DNA of 64,000 nt. Origin: Azolla caroliniana (taxonomy: Eukaryota; Plantae; Polypodiophyta). Of the stretch, positions 38,801 through 52,800 are shown piece by piece; the stretch's first letter is position 1, and the number at the start of each line of letters is the position of its first letter. The notes under the pieces were generated by a model that saw only the letters and a list, made by a program, of their open reading frames with translations, was not told the DNA's origin and did not search any database. Location: the NCBI GenBank assembly GCA_043228905.1, contig JBHGNT010000020.1, positions 3,100,001 through 3,164,000 of the forward strand. The letters are read 5' to 3'. A program made the translations under genes and the position numbers.

Positions 38801-41444
38801 AAGGAACGAGTCAGACCGACGCGAGTCCGACTCTGAGGGAACCGGTGACAGGTCTTTAAAGATAAAGACCGCGTCTACCGAGAAGGCCTCGACATCAGCT
38901 AATGTGAGATTACGCTGATCTACCCGCCAAAAGAACCCAGTTGTGCGGTTCGGATACAACGAGTACATGGCGCATCATTATGCGTACATGACCCGTGTAG
39001 CGGAAGTGCGTGAGCCGGAGAGCTACGCAGAAGCGGCTAAAGACGCGAATTGGCGTGCCGCGATGGAGGAAGAGATGCACGCATTGGCGGAGAACGAGAC
39101 CTGGGACCTGGTTGACGCACCGAAGGGTGTGAAGCCGATCGGGTGTAGATGGGTGTACAAAGTCAAGTACAACACCGATGGCTCGGTCAACCGGTACAAG
39201 GCTCGGCTAGTGGCAAAGGGCTACGCGTAGAAACACGGCATCGACTACGATGAGACGTTTGCGCCGATCGCGAAAATGACGACCGTCCGTGTTTTGCTCG
39301 CAGTAGCTGCGGCGAAGGGGTGGCACTTACATAAGATGGATGTAAAGAATGCGTTCCTGCAAGGTGACCTTGAGGAACAGGTGTACATGGTATAGCCCCC
39401 CGGATTTCACTCCGGAACAAACTCCTCGGTAGTATGCCGACTGAAGAAGTCCCTTTACGGATTGAAGCAAGCCCCGCGTGCCTGGAACGCGAAGATCACG
39501 CAACAATTGCGTTGGATGGGCTTCGCCACGTCAAAATCAGACTCTTCCCTGTTCATCCGGAATGGTCGACTCGGACCGGTTAGTATTTTACTGTATGTTG
39601 ATGACTTGGTCATCACCGACGCTGACCTAGGTGAAATCAATCGCGTGAAGTTCCAGCTTGCGGCATCGTTCGACATGAAGGATCTGGGGGACCTTCATTA
39701 CTTCCTCGGGATCGAAGTGATCCGTACCCCCGAAGGCATATTGATCAGCCAACGTCATTACGTGCTGAGTATGCTCTTCAAATTTGGGATGGCCGACTGT
39801 AAGTCCGTCTCGACTCCTCTGGACAGAACCGTCAAGCTTCGTCCCGATACGGGAAAGGTATGCGACCCGACGAGGTTCCGACAAATGGTCGGAAGCCTCA
39901 TATACTTGACCATCACCCGACCCGACCTCAATTATCCGGTCGGGGTGATCAGTCAGTTCATGGCGCGACCTACCGAGGAGCACCTTCAGTGTGCGCAACG
40001 CGTACTGCGGTACGTAAGTGGCACTAAGGACCGAGGACTGCTATATCGGACCGGTGCAGCCGTGCAGTTAGTCGGCTACACCGATGATGATTGGGCTGGC
40101 AGTGCCGCCGATCGCCGATCCACGTCTGGATACGCGTTCTCTCTTGGGAGTGCCGCGATAGCGTGGAGCAGTAAGAAGCAGCCGACAGTTGCACTGTCGA
40201 GCACCGAAGCTGAGTACCGAGGAGCGGCTGTTGCGACATGCGAAGCCATATGGTTGAAGCGGCTACTTAAGGACCTGCAAGAGGAGGTGTCAGATCCGAT
40301 GACGATCTACTGTGACAACCTCGGCAACATCCAACTCGCGAAAAACCCCGTTTTCCACGCACGGACGAAGCACATTGAGGTGCACTACCATTTCGTTCGT
40401 GAGCGTGTCCTTTCCGGTGAAGTCGAACTTCAGTATGTTCCGACGGATCGGCAGGCTGCCGACATCTTCACCAAGCCTCTTGGTCTGGACAAGTTGCGGC
40501 AATTCTTAGGTGTGCTCGGGTTGCGTCACCTCGACGTGCCGAACTTGAGGGGGAGAACAGTCCCGAGCGACCAAGCAAGGCAACAGGAAAGGAGCGGAGA
40601 CCACGACACCGAGTCGGTTAACAAGTTCGACTTCGGATCGGCTGAAGAAGCCGAGGGCGGACCCGCGGAAAAGTTCGGAAGCGGACAGAAGGGGAGCAGC
40701 CGAAGGAGAGAGCCGAAGCCAACCACGAATAGGGGAGATGACGCCATCGAGGGCGAGAAAACCGAAGACGAGTTGGAGACAGCCAACTCGGATGAGAGCG
40801 AGAACCGATCGGAGGTAGCCCTGTCGGTTCGGATGTTTGAATTCAGATACGCTGAATCAACCGACGCCAAAGTGGAAGAAAAGACAGCAGAAGAAGCGTC
40901 AACACCGCAACAACAAAAGAGCTGATGAGGGCCACATGAGCAGACAAGCCGACCAGAAGGGTCGAAGCGCGCGGAGACGAACAGGTCGAGGAGTGCAAGC
41001 GAGGCGTGAAGCTAGGAGGAACCGGAGCCGTGAGCTCGAGGATCCTGAAGAGCCTCGAGTTGAGCTTGAGGGGGAGTGTTGAGAGAGAAGCTCAACATCG
41101 TCCGGATCGGCTGAAGAAGCCGAGGACCGGATTGGTTGGGACCGATCGGTTAGATCGATAGGAAAGATATTCCGTGAGGAATATATTTGGGAGTTAGTGT
41201 AGGAGCTCTTAATGAGCATTGAAGTACTGTCAGTACTTCGGTCAGTCCTTCCAGGACTTGTATAAAAGTGCTCTCTGAGCACGTCTTATGTACATAGAGA
41301 TTGAGTATTATTGTCAAATATAGTTTTTTGTGTTTCTCTCTCTGTCTCTCCCGCGTATACCGTGTAAGCCTAAGCTCTCCATTGAACCTGTGTTTCCTTC
41401 CTCTGTTCTGTCTTCATACCTACTTCCGCACGCTACTTTCTACA
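35814..41444 (+). mobile_element. Full-length Ty1/copia retrotransposon, inactivated
   Basis: 368-bp LTRs at 35814-36181 and 41077-41444 (about 9 differences by manual count). PBS tggtattagagc at 36182 and PPT at 41067-41076. gag with CWYCGKKGHKESEC, protease WYVDSGAS, integrase, RT LLYVDDL, RNase H ADIFTK. Stops at 37157, 38916, 39228 and 39393; frameshift near 37850. Confidence 0.97.
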
Positions 41445-43569
41445 AACATATTAGTATAAATATGACTTAGGGCAAACTTTTATAAGTTGTTGTTGTCATT
41501 CTTGTTGGTGCAAGGAGAAAGAGAGAGCGCGTAAGAGTGTACAGAGAGAGTGAGAGAGAAAGAGGTCGTTGCCTTTGTTGTAACCGCCGCCTGTGGCGAA
41601 GATCGTGAGCACAAGGTCGTTGCCTCCGTGAACTCACTGTTGTACATTCTAGCATAGTGATAGTTTGCAGCCTGTGGGCTGCCGTGGTTTTTCCCTAGTT
41701 TGGGTTTTCCATGTAAACATCCTGTGTACTCTTCTCTTCTTCGCGTTGTGCATTCTTTCCCGTCTTCTGTGTATGATTCTAAGCTTGGTTGTGGCCGAGC
41801 GTTGTGTATACGGAGCGTTTTAGTTCCCGTCACGAGACACAACAATCGTAAAAGATTCACCAATTGAAAATGCTATTATATACTCTTTCTTAAAACTTTC
41901 GATACTGGACCAACCTACTAAAATGCAAATGGAAACTGAAGACATGGTCGAGACTGCTAAAGATAGGAGAGTACCGTCTATACCTATGATGAAATTGATG
42001 TTTGAATGGGGAAGCCATCAAATAGTTTCCGCAAATTAAAATTTGGCTGTAGAATTATCGGATCATGTCCGAAAAACTGAAAAATACGAGAAAATCATCA
42101 AAAAAGCGCACAAACCAGTGATTCATATTCGTCATATTCCGAAATCGAGAAAAACCAAAGAAATAATGCTTCCCAACGGGGAGCATAAGGTGAGGTGAGA
42201 CTACTGAGATGGGATTCCCAATAACATCATCTTTTAATTTAATAAGTCTGTTTGGTTTTTTCCCTTTTTCTCTCTCCTCCATATGCATGGGAGTTAAAGG
42301 TTGGTTCTTCAACAAGTCGCAGCAATGCAATGCAATGAAGGCCTTCGCTTTGTCTCGTCGACCGCAAACAAAGCGGCGATGGGCTGACTTTCCGCGTTTC
42401 CGTAAAGAAAATCGAAAGAACTCTGATTTATTCTTATTCATAGTTGGGATGTAGGGATAGATTTATTTCTTCCTCGAAGAACCGTACGAACGATTAGGAC
42501 GTTGCGATTTCCAAACGCAGACACGCGGATTCAACATGAAGGGCGGGCGATTTATTCCCCGATCGAACGAACGAACGAACGAATGAACGAACGAATGAAT
42601 GAATAGGGTGTCATTCGCAATGACAAGGAACGTTAGCTGGAAACGCGGTCAACTAACGGGCTCAAGTGCAATGTTTGAATTTTGGTGTGACTCTTGGTTG
42701 GAGAAGGCCACACCACAGTTGGTCTCTTCTCCATAAGCTAGACCGCCAACGTCAAGGCGAGATCACATTGGTTCAGTCCCCGCATAGCCAGTGGAAGGGT
42801 GAGGTGCATCCACTCAGATAGCATGGGGAGGTTGAATGACTGCGGCCACGTCAATCTGCTTCTTTTCTTTTCTTGTTGGGCCGCTAGCAATTGTCTAGCT
42901 TCTGTGTTTAGTTTTTTTTCTTCCGCTCTCGAACGGTTACGATGAACTGGTGCATATGGCCGGAGAACCAACCTTTGGTTCGAGATGGATTCGGCCTTCT
43001 CTTACGTCATGTTCATGGCCTTGCATTCCAATTATTAGTGCGCTTCACTTGGCTCCAGAGAGCAAGAAGGCCTGGCTAGAACAACAATCTCAGTGACAAA
43101 ATTTACCTCGGCTAGAAGGTTACATAAGTGAATTTCAATCGGGCCAGCAGTAGTGTTCACATGTTCATAGATGCTCCAATGAAAAAGCATAAACATAACG
43201 AAGCCCGTCTAAAGTTTAGTTTTTTTCTTCGCTAAAAAGCAGCAACTCTCGATACACTGGTGCATATGGCTGAGAACCAACCTTTGGTTCGAGATGGATT
43301 CGGCCGAAGGGAGTGAGAACCGGCGTGTCGGCAGTAACAATCATGCTCTCATCTTTTGAATCAGTCGTTACGGGGTCAATGAGCTAGCTCGTAGCTACGA
43401 GAGAGATTTCCTAAGAACAAGGTGGTTCTGGAATACGAGATAAAGCAATGAGGACAGTGGGAACAAGACCTTTTGGTGGTGGGAACCTGAACTGTTTAAG
43501 TGTTGGTCCCGGGTTGCGAACAAAGCGGGCAACCTTTCGGGCCACCTTCGAGGCCCTAGCCAACAGGCC

Positions 43570-43905
43570 ACCTTTGTGGTGTTGAATCTGCATTTGCCCG
43601 CGCGTAGTGTTCTTCAGATAAGTCTCATCGATTTATTGTCTCCGATCCTTCTCCCTATGATTTCGGTTAGTATACGCGAATTGATGGTGCCATAACAGTT
43701 GCTTGTGCCTCCCCTAATTGCCCACATAACGGCTTTGAAATTGGTGCGTATGCTTTTGGGTGCAGTACGACACGATTTTCTCAATTAAAACCCGTGAAAC
43801 ATTTTGTTGAATGTCGGTTCATATACCACTTCCAAAATCATCCTCGACGCTTCGAGAACGATCTCATTTGGGATTACGTTCAAGGGTCAAGATTCGCTCT
43901 ATCCA
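43570..43905 (-). pseudogene. Group II intron maturase RT-domain fragment
   Basis: Minus strand IVLEASRMILEVVYEPTFNKMFHGF*LRKSCRTAPKSIRTNFKAVMWAIRGGTSNCYGTINSRIL...RLI*RTLRAG resembles maturase RT2-RT3 (EP.F..SHGFRP..SC.TAL...W.IEGDI..CFD.I.H). Confidence 0.8.
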
Positions 43906-44374
43906 TGAGGAGGAAGGCCTCGTCCATAAGGAAATTTCTCTGTTCTTAGTTCCTCTTAGACTTAGTTAATCTAGTCCGCTGGGGTGCTATCTAACATCTA
44001 GCCTAACATAGCTGGGGTAGGGCGGTGCCATTAGACGTTACCCACCGCTATGAATGGTGGATCTCTGTCCATAGGTAAGGAATACGGCTTGTAATTTTTA
44101 TGTTTTGGATTGACCTAATTTGTTCAATAGATTTAGTTAGGGTAGTTCGGCACCCATGACGTTGGTGTGCAGAGGTTCTTTAACTTGAGTTTCTCCAGCT
44201 CCCCTGAGCATGATGGCGTATGTCTTGAAGTGGATCTCTCTAGCCGGTTGGGCCTTCGGCCCAATACAACCATTCTTAGTTTGGCTTTGATAGTGCTATC
44301 TCAAGGGGTGCTGAAATAAGGATTATTGAGAGATCTCGTCGAGACCAGGTCACCGTGCATCGCTCAGGATGATG

Positions 44375-44641
44375 CCTCGTAACGGAAATAGAATAATCCG
44401 ATGGTACACTCTGGGCATTTGTATACCAGAATTCTTATTGATAATTCATACATTTCATTGCCATTTTCAAATTGATTCTAATTTTGTTCAATTGGTAGAA
44501 AATTTAAACTGGATAAACTCTATTAATTTCCTTTGGAGTTTAGGCATTGACGGACTTTCCATGGGTCTCATTCTATCAATGGGTTTTGTTACAACTTCGG
44601 CGACTTCGGCAACTTGGCCAATAACATGCAATACAAGACTC
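44375..44641 (+). pseudogene. ndhD: Plastid ndhD fragment
   Basis: GNRIIRWYTLGICIPEFLLI...NWIN..NFLWSLGIDGLSMGLILSMGFVTTSATSATWPITCNTRL; unedited S in place of L in TTLATLA. Confidence 0.88.
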
Positions 44642-44859
44642 ACGTCTTACAAAGATGCCTGGACGGAACAAAACACTTGATTAATGAACAAAAGAGTGCT
44701 AACGACAAAAGCGGCGGGTGCCGAATAGCAAGCAAGCAAGTAGGGAAAGTGCAAATACACCTGGTACTTAGCCTTCGATCGCTACCAACCTCACAAGGAT
44801 GTCATCAATTCGATTCCATCCTCTGATACTACAACTCGCGATGTTAATTGCCAAATGAT

Positions 44860-45209
44860 AATTTCTAAATGTTTATCAAATATTTGTATCCCTTAAGATC
44901 CATAAACCTTTCAAATTTGATCGATCGAAACCAATTGACAAAGTTCCATGCTCGTTCCAGCACTTAAAAAACGACTCCGAAGGTTTCTGATCAATCCTGG
45001 GACACCTCTGTGCCATCTCCCAAAAAGGTCTTCAATTCTTGCTAGAATATAAAGCAATGGAACGAGATTCCAACAGCTGCTCAACCTTTGGAAGACCCTG
45101 AATAGTGTCCCCGGATCTCGATCTATCATATGGTAATGTTATTAATGTATCTCCCTACCCGAGGATATCTCCCAAAGTTTTCTGAATAATAGCTCCCCGA
45201 GTTGCTAAA
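44860..45209 (-). pseudogene. rpoC2: Plastid rpoC2 fragment
   Basis: [49 protein letters not shown] matches the RpoC2 motif [13 protein letters not shown]. Confidence 0.88.
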
Positions 45210-48200
45210 AAAGGCTTCGCTACCCTAAACCCTCGTGGAGATCGAGGGTCAATTTGATGGAAGGAACATTACGAAGTTCCTTGATGCATACAAAAGGGAG
45301 ATGAATCAGAGGGACATGTCTGAAGCAAGTCAAATCTCAAGTTTCAAGAGAGTTGTCGCCAACAACATCCAAAGACGGGTCATCGAGCTTCAAGAAAGGA
45401 AGACAACATGGACCGAGTTCAAGAAAGCAATATTAGTAGAGTTCGTGACCTAGGATTTGTAGAGGATGACTCGACATGTCTTGATGAAGTGGATAGAGAA
45501 GAAGAATAAGAAGATGAGCGCCTTGAGGGTGTACGACGAGTTTGACCAGATGTTTAGTCGTCTCCAAGTGCTACTTGATGAGGACAAGACTTTGTACTTC
45601 CTAAAAGCTCTGGATATGAAGGATAAACGAGAACTGGGGACTCTCCTCGAAGATGACACCCAAGCGAACAAGCTTGTGGCAGACTGGACTGCGATGAAGC
45701 GAGTGTGCAACATGCTCGCCAAGCATTGTCAATGGGTTGATGACACTGACTTCGCAAGATTGAGTGGGGAGAAATGAGACAACCAAAAGTGGCTGAGTCG
45801 CCCAAACAAAGCAACCTAGAAGAAAAGAAGATTGATGATAACATCATCAAAGAAGTTCGAGACGGTCACACTAGCGAACATGAATCGTTGGGGCCCGAAA
45901 GGAAAAGAACCCTTTAGATGTGTGTGGTGCGACAACATGGACCACATGAGAAGGGAGTGCGCGAACCTCCATCCAACAAAATATCGGAAGAGGGGGAATA
46001 AAGAAAGCTATGGAAGATGCTGAGGCGACTCATGTGGATGCGATGCACTATGCTGCATCGGCCGGAATAAGAGTTGGGAAAGATAAAAATGAAGCTGCTA
46101 GAACAGGAACAAAGTTTTGGTCTTCTGTTCTCGAGTGTAAGAAGAAGGGCAAAGTTACTTCAGATGATGTGGAGCTTGCGGACTGAAGTGTACAAAGTAT
46201 CATTGGATGGTCAGATCTGGTAGATGACAACACCATACTAGTAGAAGTGATGTGTGAAAACCACGAGGTGTTCGTGGATGAAAATAGGAAAAGAATGGAA
46301 GGGCAAGATAGCCCATCAAAAAGACATGAAACAAGGAGCGCGAAAAAGAAAGAAGATGCAGAAGCAAGTCGAGCTTTACGAACGGAGGATGGAGACTGAA
46401 GCCGGAAAGGGGAGTTGAACAAACGTGTTGAAGAAAGGGTTTGGCCCATGAGGGTTGATGTCAAAGACCCCGCTCAGAAGATAAGAACTATGCCTACCTA
46501 TAAGTTAAGGTCGGACATAGACAAGTGACTGATCTGAAGAAGGTTCTCGAGGAACATGTTCTTGATAGCCACAGGACCTTGTCCTTGAGGGAATTGCTCG
46601 GCATTATGAAGAAGAATTCCATGATACGATCGTGGACCTTGTAAAGAGAAAAAGGCAACAGTCTGACGAGGAAGAAGAGAAGCCACAAAAAGCAAAAGCA
46701 AATGCCATAACGATGGCAAGGGACGGAGTCAATGAAGATATGGTGGATAACCACTATACTCGGCCTCATTGGGCATGAGCGATGACGGAGACGCCAGTAA
46801 AGTTGGGAGAGAGAAAAGAAACAGTCATAACTTTAATAGACCATGGGTCCGAGATCAACCTTATGTCGATTGAGGTCTACAAAAAAGGAGGATGGACTAT
46901 AAATACGAATCATGGGTGGAAGATCTGTGCGGCAACGAAAGCTATGGAAGACCTGTATGGTGCATGTCCCAATATCCCCATCACGATTGCGATGTCGAGA
47001 TAGATCAACATTTTTTTGTTCAAGATTCGGCATCCCATCCTATTATTCTTGGGCAACCATACATAACATCTTCCCCGATGGAAACCAAAGTGTCTAACAA
47101 TGGTGCAATATTTGTTCGAGTAAGGAGTCTTGATGGGAAGAAGGTTGTACAGTTCTTGACTATATGTGCCAACCATGAACGAAATCAGAATTGTCCCAGA
47201 GAAGATTCTTCGGATTTTTAAGGTGGGCTATTTGTGAGTGGGGCATGAATAGTCCAAGCAAACGCATGGCCCAAGAAGAAAGAAAAGTTTGCAAATTTGC
47301 GAAAGGAGGGTTGTACGTAGCCCCTAATGGAGTGTGCAAGATCAACACGTTTGAGAAAGAAGAGAAGTCTCAGATGCAAAGCTTCGAGGAAGCCTTAAGA
47401 GAAGAACAAATATTGAAAAGCGATGAAAGCATCGAATGGGTAATGGAGGAAGATTCATTTAACGACACCATTGGCGAAATGGAGAATGTCGTGGACTTGG
47501 GCCCTCATACCTAGCGATCAATTCAGATAAACTCCATCGACATGTACGAAACCACATGTGCCATGGAACCTGAAACCGATACCAGTCCCAAGAGCACACA
47601 TTCCAAAATTAATCAAGATCTTGAAAGAGAAGGTCGAGATGGGAATTCCGGAGCCATCGAATGCTCCTTACTCGAATAGGTGGTTCACGGTACCAAAGAA
47701 GAATGGAACCTTAAGGTTCATACAAGATCTTCAACTAGTGAATAAACTGACGATCCGCAGTGCCGGAATTGGTCCAAGTATCGATGAGTTTGCAGAAGCA
47801 TTTGCGGGAAGGTCCATTTATTCTATTGGTGATCTCTACTCAGGCTATGATTAGTTTCAACTAGCAGTTGACAACAAGGACATCACAACAATGAGGACCC
47901 TGATTGGATTGGTACGGATGTGCACCCTACCTCAAGGAGCAACCAACTCTGTGGCACACATGGTGAATGCCATGAACAAAGTACTAAGAGATTGCATCTG
48001 AGATATTACAATGCCTTTCCTCGATGATATCCCTATAAAAGGGTGCCCTGAATCAGAAAAGGACAAGTCCTTAGATCAAGATGGATGTCGAAGATTTGTT
48101 TCAAACCATATTGAAGACTGTGAGAGAGCACTACAAAGACTAGAAGGAGCCGGACTCACATTCTCCGGAGAAAAGTCGGTATTCAACCAATGTGAGGTCC

Positions 48201-49849
48201 TAGTAGTGGGACATATTTGTGGACCATACGAACAGAAACCCTCTCCGGAGAAGGTGAATGCTATTCAAGAGATACGAGAAGAATGTATATCCCAAACAGA
48301 GGTGTGAAGATTCTTGGGAGCATGTGCCTTTTATCATACCTGGATTCCGCACTACGCTGATGTCGCCAAGCCATTATATGGATTGCTAAAGAAAAGAAAG
48401 AAGTTTGAATGGAGAGAGGAGCATATGAATGCAATGCGAAGATTGAAGAAACTACTTCTTGAAGCTCCAACACTAAGAAAGGCTGACTATACTGAAGGAA
48501 AGCCGATTTATGTGACAACCAAGAAGGAGAAGATAGTGCATGATATGTATGCCATCCGGTTCGGAGCAAAAGTCCTTAGCGAACGACAACAAGGATACGC
48601 CCAAGTCAAGCGGGAACTTTGGGGTATTGTGTCTGCGGTGAAGATAGACAAAGACTACTTGATCAGATGGAAGTGATAATTGAAACGGATTGTCTCCCAA
48701 ACCTCAGGATGATCTCAAGGTGTGCGACACAAGATCTGGCTATGCTAAGGTGGATCTCCTATATCAAGTCTTTAAACCCGGGGATCCGCTACATTGCAGG
48801 ACAGAAGAACGCCATGGCTGACATGCTGTCGAGGGCCAGATTTAAGAATGAAAGTGACATGGTTTCAGAAAGATGAAGACGTCACCCTCGACTTCTTCAA
48901 GATGGCCCGACTATTGGTAAAAGACAAGGGCATGCCAACCCTCCACTCCTTCAATGAGAATGAGTACAAAGGAGAATGGTTACTGATTGGTAGATTCTTA
49001 AGAACAATGATAATGGATGCCTCGTGGACAAAGGAGAAGGCTTTACGAATTCGAAAGAAAGCATACCTGTACTTTCTAAAGGGAGGATTCCTCTGGTGCC
49101 ACCCGAAGAGAATGACAGGAATGCCACGTTGAGTAGTGGTGAAGAGAGAGGACCAAGGGACGCTGATGTCTGAATTCCATGAGAGTCCTTGTGCGGGTCA
49201 TAGAGGAACATGGGTGACGTTCGAAAAGCTGAAGGAGAAATACTTGTGACCGAGCATGTACAAAGATGTACTTCATTTCGTATCCACATGCGGAGACTGC
49301 CAAGTACATTCGAACATACGTCACCGTGATGAGTTACGACCGACATACCTGTTACTCCTGGGCCGGACTTGCCTCTAACACAAAGTGTCCCTTCGGAACA
49401 CTTCACCAAAGGGTGGTTACGGTATGAGATTCAGCACTTGACAGCCATAACCGGTTGTCTTTCGGTTCGATATTCGTATTCACAACACACCCCAATTACA
49501 TGTGTAAGATCCATACATTGAGCGCAGAACGGAATAGAACATAAAGATCCACAAGATATAATAACAGATCTTTCTTATATTAACATTCCGTCCTTTAATA
49601 CATCGATACCCGGATCCTTTTATAGGCCTCCGTTTCTGTGTTACAAAACGGTGCCTAACCGACAACCGACTACGAATCGGTCCGTATCCGGATCGGCATA
49701 CCTATTCCGGATCCATTTGTTCCTATAATTAATAATATCATTATATATCCGGAACCCGGCTCCCCCCTTCCTCATTACATACTTGGCTACCCACGACCAA
49801 CACATGGCATGCCCGTGGGACAGTACATTGTACGTTGAACCCACGGGTA

Positions 49850-52800
49850 GCTGCACTACTCTTCATCAAGTAGGTCCAAGATACTCTGGTCAAGGGGTTC
49901 GAGAGGTTCCTCACTTTGCTGCTGCCACTCCTCGCGTTGCTCCCGCTCCGGTGGCTCCTCGCGATGCTCCCGCTCCGGTGGCTCCTCGCGATGCTCCCGC
50001 TTCGGCGGCTCCTCGCGCTGCTCCCGCTCTGGTAGCTCCTCGCGTTGCTCTTGTTGCGGTTGCTCTTGCTGCTAGTCCTTTCCATCTCCCGCATTTACGT
50101 CTTCTCCGGATCCTTATGCTCTTGGTTTTTCTTCCCGTTGCTCTCGTTCGGCTTTTGCTGGTTCCGATCTGGCTTCTTTCGGCTGCTTTGTTCTGTCTCT
50201 GTCCGGCTGCGCTGCCCTTGCCTCGGTTCCATTTGGTGGCTGATCCGGAGATTGTTCGTCATCATTGATGTTAATCACCGCCGTAATCCGTGCTGCCTCC
50301 TTTCATTGACACTCCCGTTCCAATAGCTCAAACTGGAGTTGGGTGTTGAGTTGGTCATCGTCTAATCGTTCCAATAGCCTTCGGACAGTAGCCAATTGCT
50401 CTCTAGCCAAGGACAGAAAGTCATCCGACAACTCTTCCTGGATGGTGACAATGCTTTCCGCATCCATCTTATAGAAGTGGTCGCTGTCTTTTCTCCGGTT
50501 CTCGACGTCTTCTCGTAGGACCTGTGATTCGGCCACCTGTTGCGTCCACGTTGTCCACCATTCTACCGAGCTTTCATCGATCATCCTCTTCGTCCGTTCT
50601 TTCCATGCCAGCAAAATGTCCCGAATCCGGTTTAGTCCTAGCTTGGACTTGTTCTCCATGGCATGCTTTTCCTCCTTCAATTTCTTTATAAGAGCCGTGG
50701 TTGCCTAGGCTTGCACCCTATATTCTAGCAATTGGGTCTAATAGGTTGTCTACACCCTATCCAGAGCCATTTAAACCCGTTCAACCTCCTGGTAATGCTA
50801 CCGGTTGAGCTCTGTCCTTTGTCTTGCCGCCTCCTCTAGTAGCTTCGCCGACTCGACCGCCTTTGTACGTTCCTCTGCCAACACATCTACTTTCTTTGCT
50901 ACATCAACCTGAAGTTCTCTGATCTTCTCTTGCTTCCGGTCACCCTCTGCGATTAACTTCTTATGCTCCGCATCAAGTTGTTTGTGATCCCGGTGCAACT
51001 TCTCAAAATCATCTATTTTCTGTTTTAACTTCTGATTGATTTGCCCTCATGTGCGGTCCTCCCTGTCCTTTTGTTGCCATAGCTCCTCCTTGAGTTGTTC
51101 GATTTCCGTTTCTGGACTTCGCCGGAGCTTCTCCTTTTCTTGCAACAGTTTTTCTCTTCCTTCTTTCAACCAGTCGTTGTTAGCCTGACTTTTCTGGAGG
51201 GTCTCTTCAATCCTCTTGAGCTGACAATTCCTCTTTCAGGGTGGCAATTTCTTGTTCATGCTCGTAATCATTTATCAGTGTTGTGCTAGCCCCCGGTTCT
51301 TTGCTTGTCTGTGTATTAGCCGGGGCCACCGCCTCTGTGGTTGTATTTGGTCCTGGGCCGTACCGACCGCCTATTCCTTGACCTTCTCCAACTCTTCTTC
51401 TAAGCTCCGGATCCGTGTTCAGGCCTTTTCTAATTGTTGGGTCGTGGCTAGCAACCGATCCATTTGCATCCTTTCTTCTTGCTCCATTTGGTTCACAGTT
51501 CTCGACACCTGCTCCCCCAACCATCTCAACCATTGCCAGGAGGTTCCTTGTTGTATTGGGAGAACGAATGATAGTTCGTGTGCCGGTGTTGGTTCGGGCT
51601 CAGTTTTGAACCAATGGGTCAGTGGCACCGGTGTTGGCTCCGGATGACGGTCCTCGTGCTGCTGTTCTTGAAGGCCTGGTGAGGTCTGAATCTCTGTACT
51701 CGGTTCCTGCTGTCCTGTGGTCACTGCGTCTGGCCTTATTTTCGGTTCCGCCTCTATCCGGGGTTCTACCATCACTGAGCAAGTGGCCGGGGTGTTGTCC
51801 AGCGTTGGACCCACTCCTTCCCCCTACCGCTCCGTGTCGTGCTTCTATGGCCAACGTTGGAGGGTTTCGGCCGGTTCTTCCTCTGCCTCTTCCTCTGCGG
51901 TTTCTTGGTGCACCCTCCGGACCAAATCGTCCACTTCCTTCTCTTGTCGACGCAACTTGATCGTGAACACCTTGGCCGACTTTTCCACCGGTCCCACTGT
52001 CTCCATCTATTGCTTCCGGCTCGACTGCTCCTTTTCCTTCTGCGCCGAATCCCTTGGTTGCTCTGGTTCCTTTTGCGCCAAACCTCCCTTTGTCCATCCG
52101 GGGGTTTGCTTGGCTAGGAGTTGTTGCCACTTGGATGGCTTATTCGACGTTGTGTCTGCCAATCGAGCCCTCTTCTTTGCCTTAATGGATAGCACCAGGG
52201 GTGCGAGAAGTGTTAGCCACTGCGCCACCGCGGTCCAGACCTTCTTCCCATCCACCATCGATTGGATGGCTGCTCGTAATGAATCGGTGATGATCACCAG
52301 CCAATCCACTTTAACTCCTTGGTATCTTGTGATGATAAACCCGGCTATGTTATTAGGCATTGCCCGAGGGCGGGGGTGCACAAAACCATATTCGTGGAGA
52401 ACAAGTGCTACCCCCCGGAACAGGGCATCTTCGCCGCCCTGTGTTCTATACGCCTTGTTGGCGATGGAGTACTCACTGAAGTACTCTGTCAGGGTCTCGA
52501 TGGAAGGGTTCTCGATGGAGTATAGTTCTCCCTCTAGTAGTCTGATGAGGGCACACACAGTTTCCTCCGTTATTTCTTGGAGGTTGATCCGTAGAGCGAC
52601 CTTCTCTGGTTCCTCGTGTAGCGGTGCTTTTGCTATTCAGAGGAATCCCTCTAGTCCGCGCTGGCTGAACCATGTCTTGGCTGCTTCAGATAACGCCATG
52701 GGTGCGGGGTCTTCTTCGCTTTCGCTGGTGTTGAGAAGTTTCAGGTTGCTGGGGCTTGTCTACGTTCGACGGATTACTTGTAAGCGTTTTTGCTCTCCAA

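Larger units (their letters stand above)
35472..41832. mobile_element. Solo LTR (TGTTGGG...CCCGTCA) with TSD CGAGA, itself interrupted by a copia
   Basis: Halves 35472-35813 and 41445-41832 match the intact copy at 54735-55569. CGAGA is at 35467-35471 and 41833-41837. Confidence 0.92.
35008..42230 (-). pseudogene. nad4: Mitochondrial nad4 5' half (NUMT) in two pieces, 42230-41833 and 35471-35008, split by an LTR insertion
   Basis: PLGSIIS...DNSTAKF*FAETI*WLPHSNINFIIGIDG..., then MLDILLFYVFFESVLIFMFIIIGVWGSR*RKI*AA...[27 protein letters not shown]. The frame rejoins across TSD CGAGA. Confidence 0.93.
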
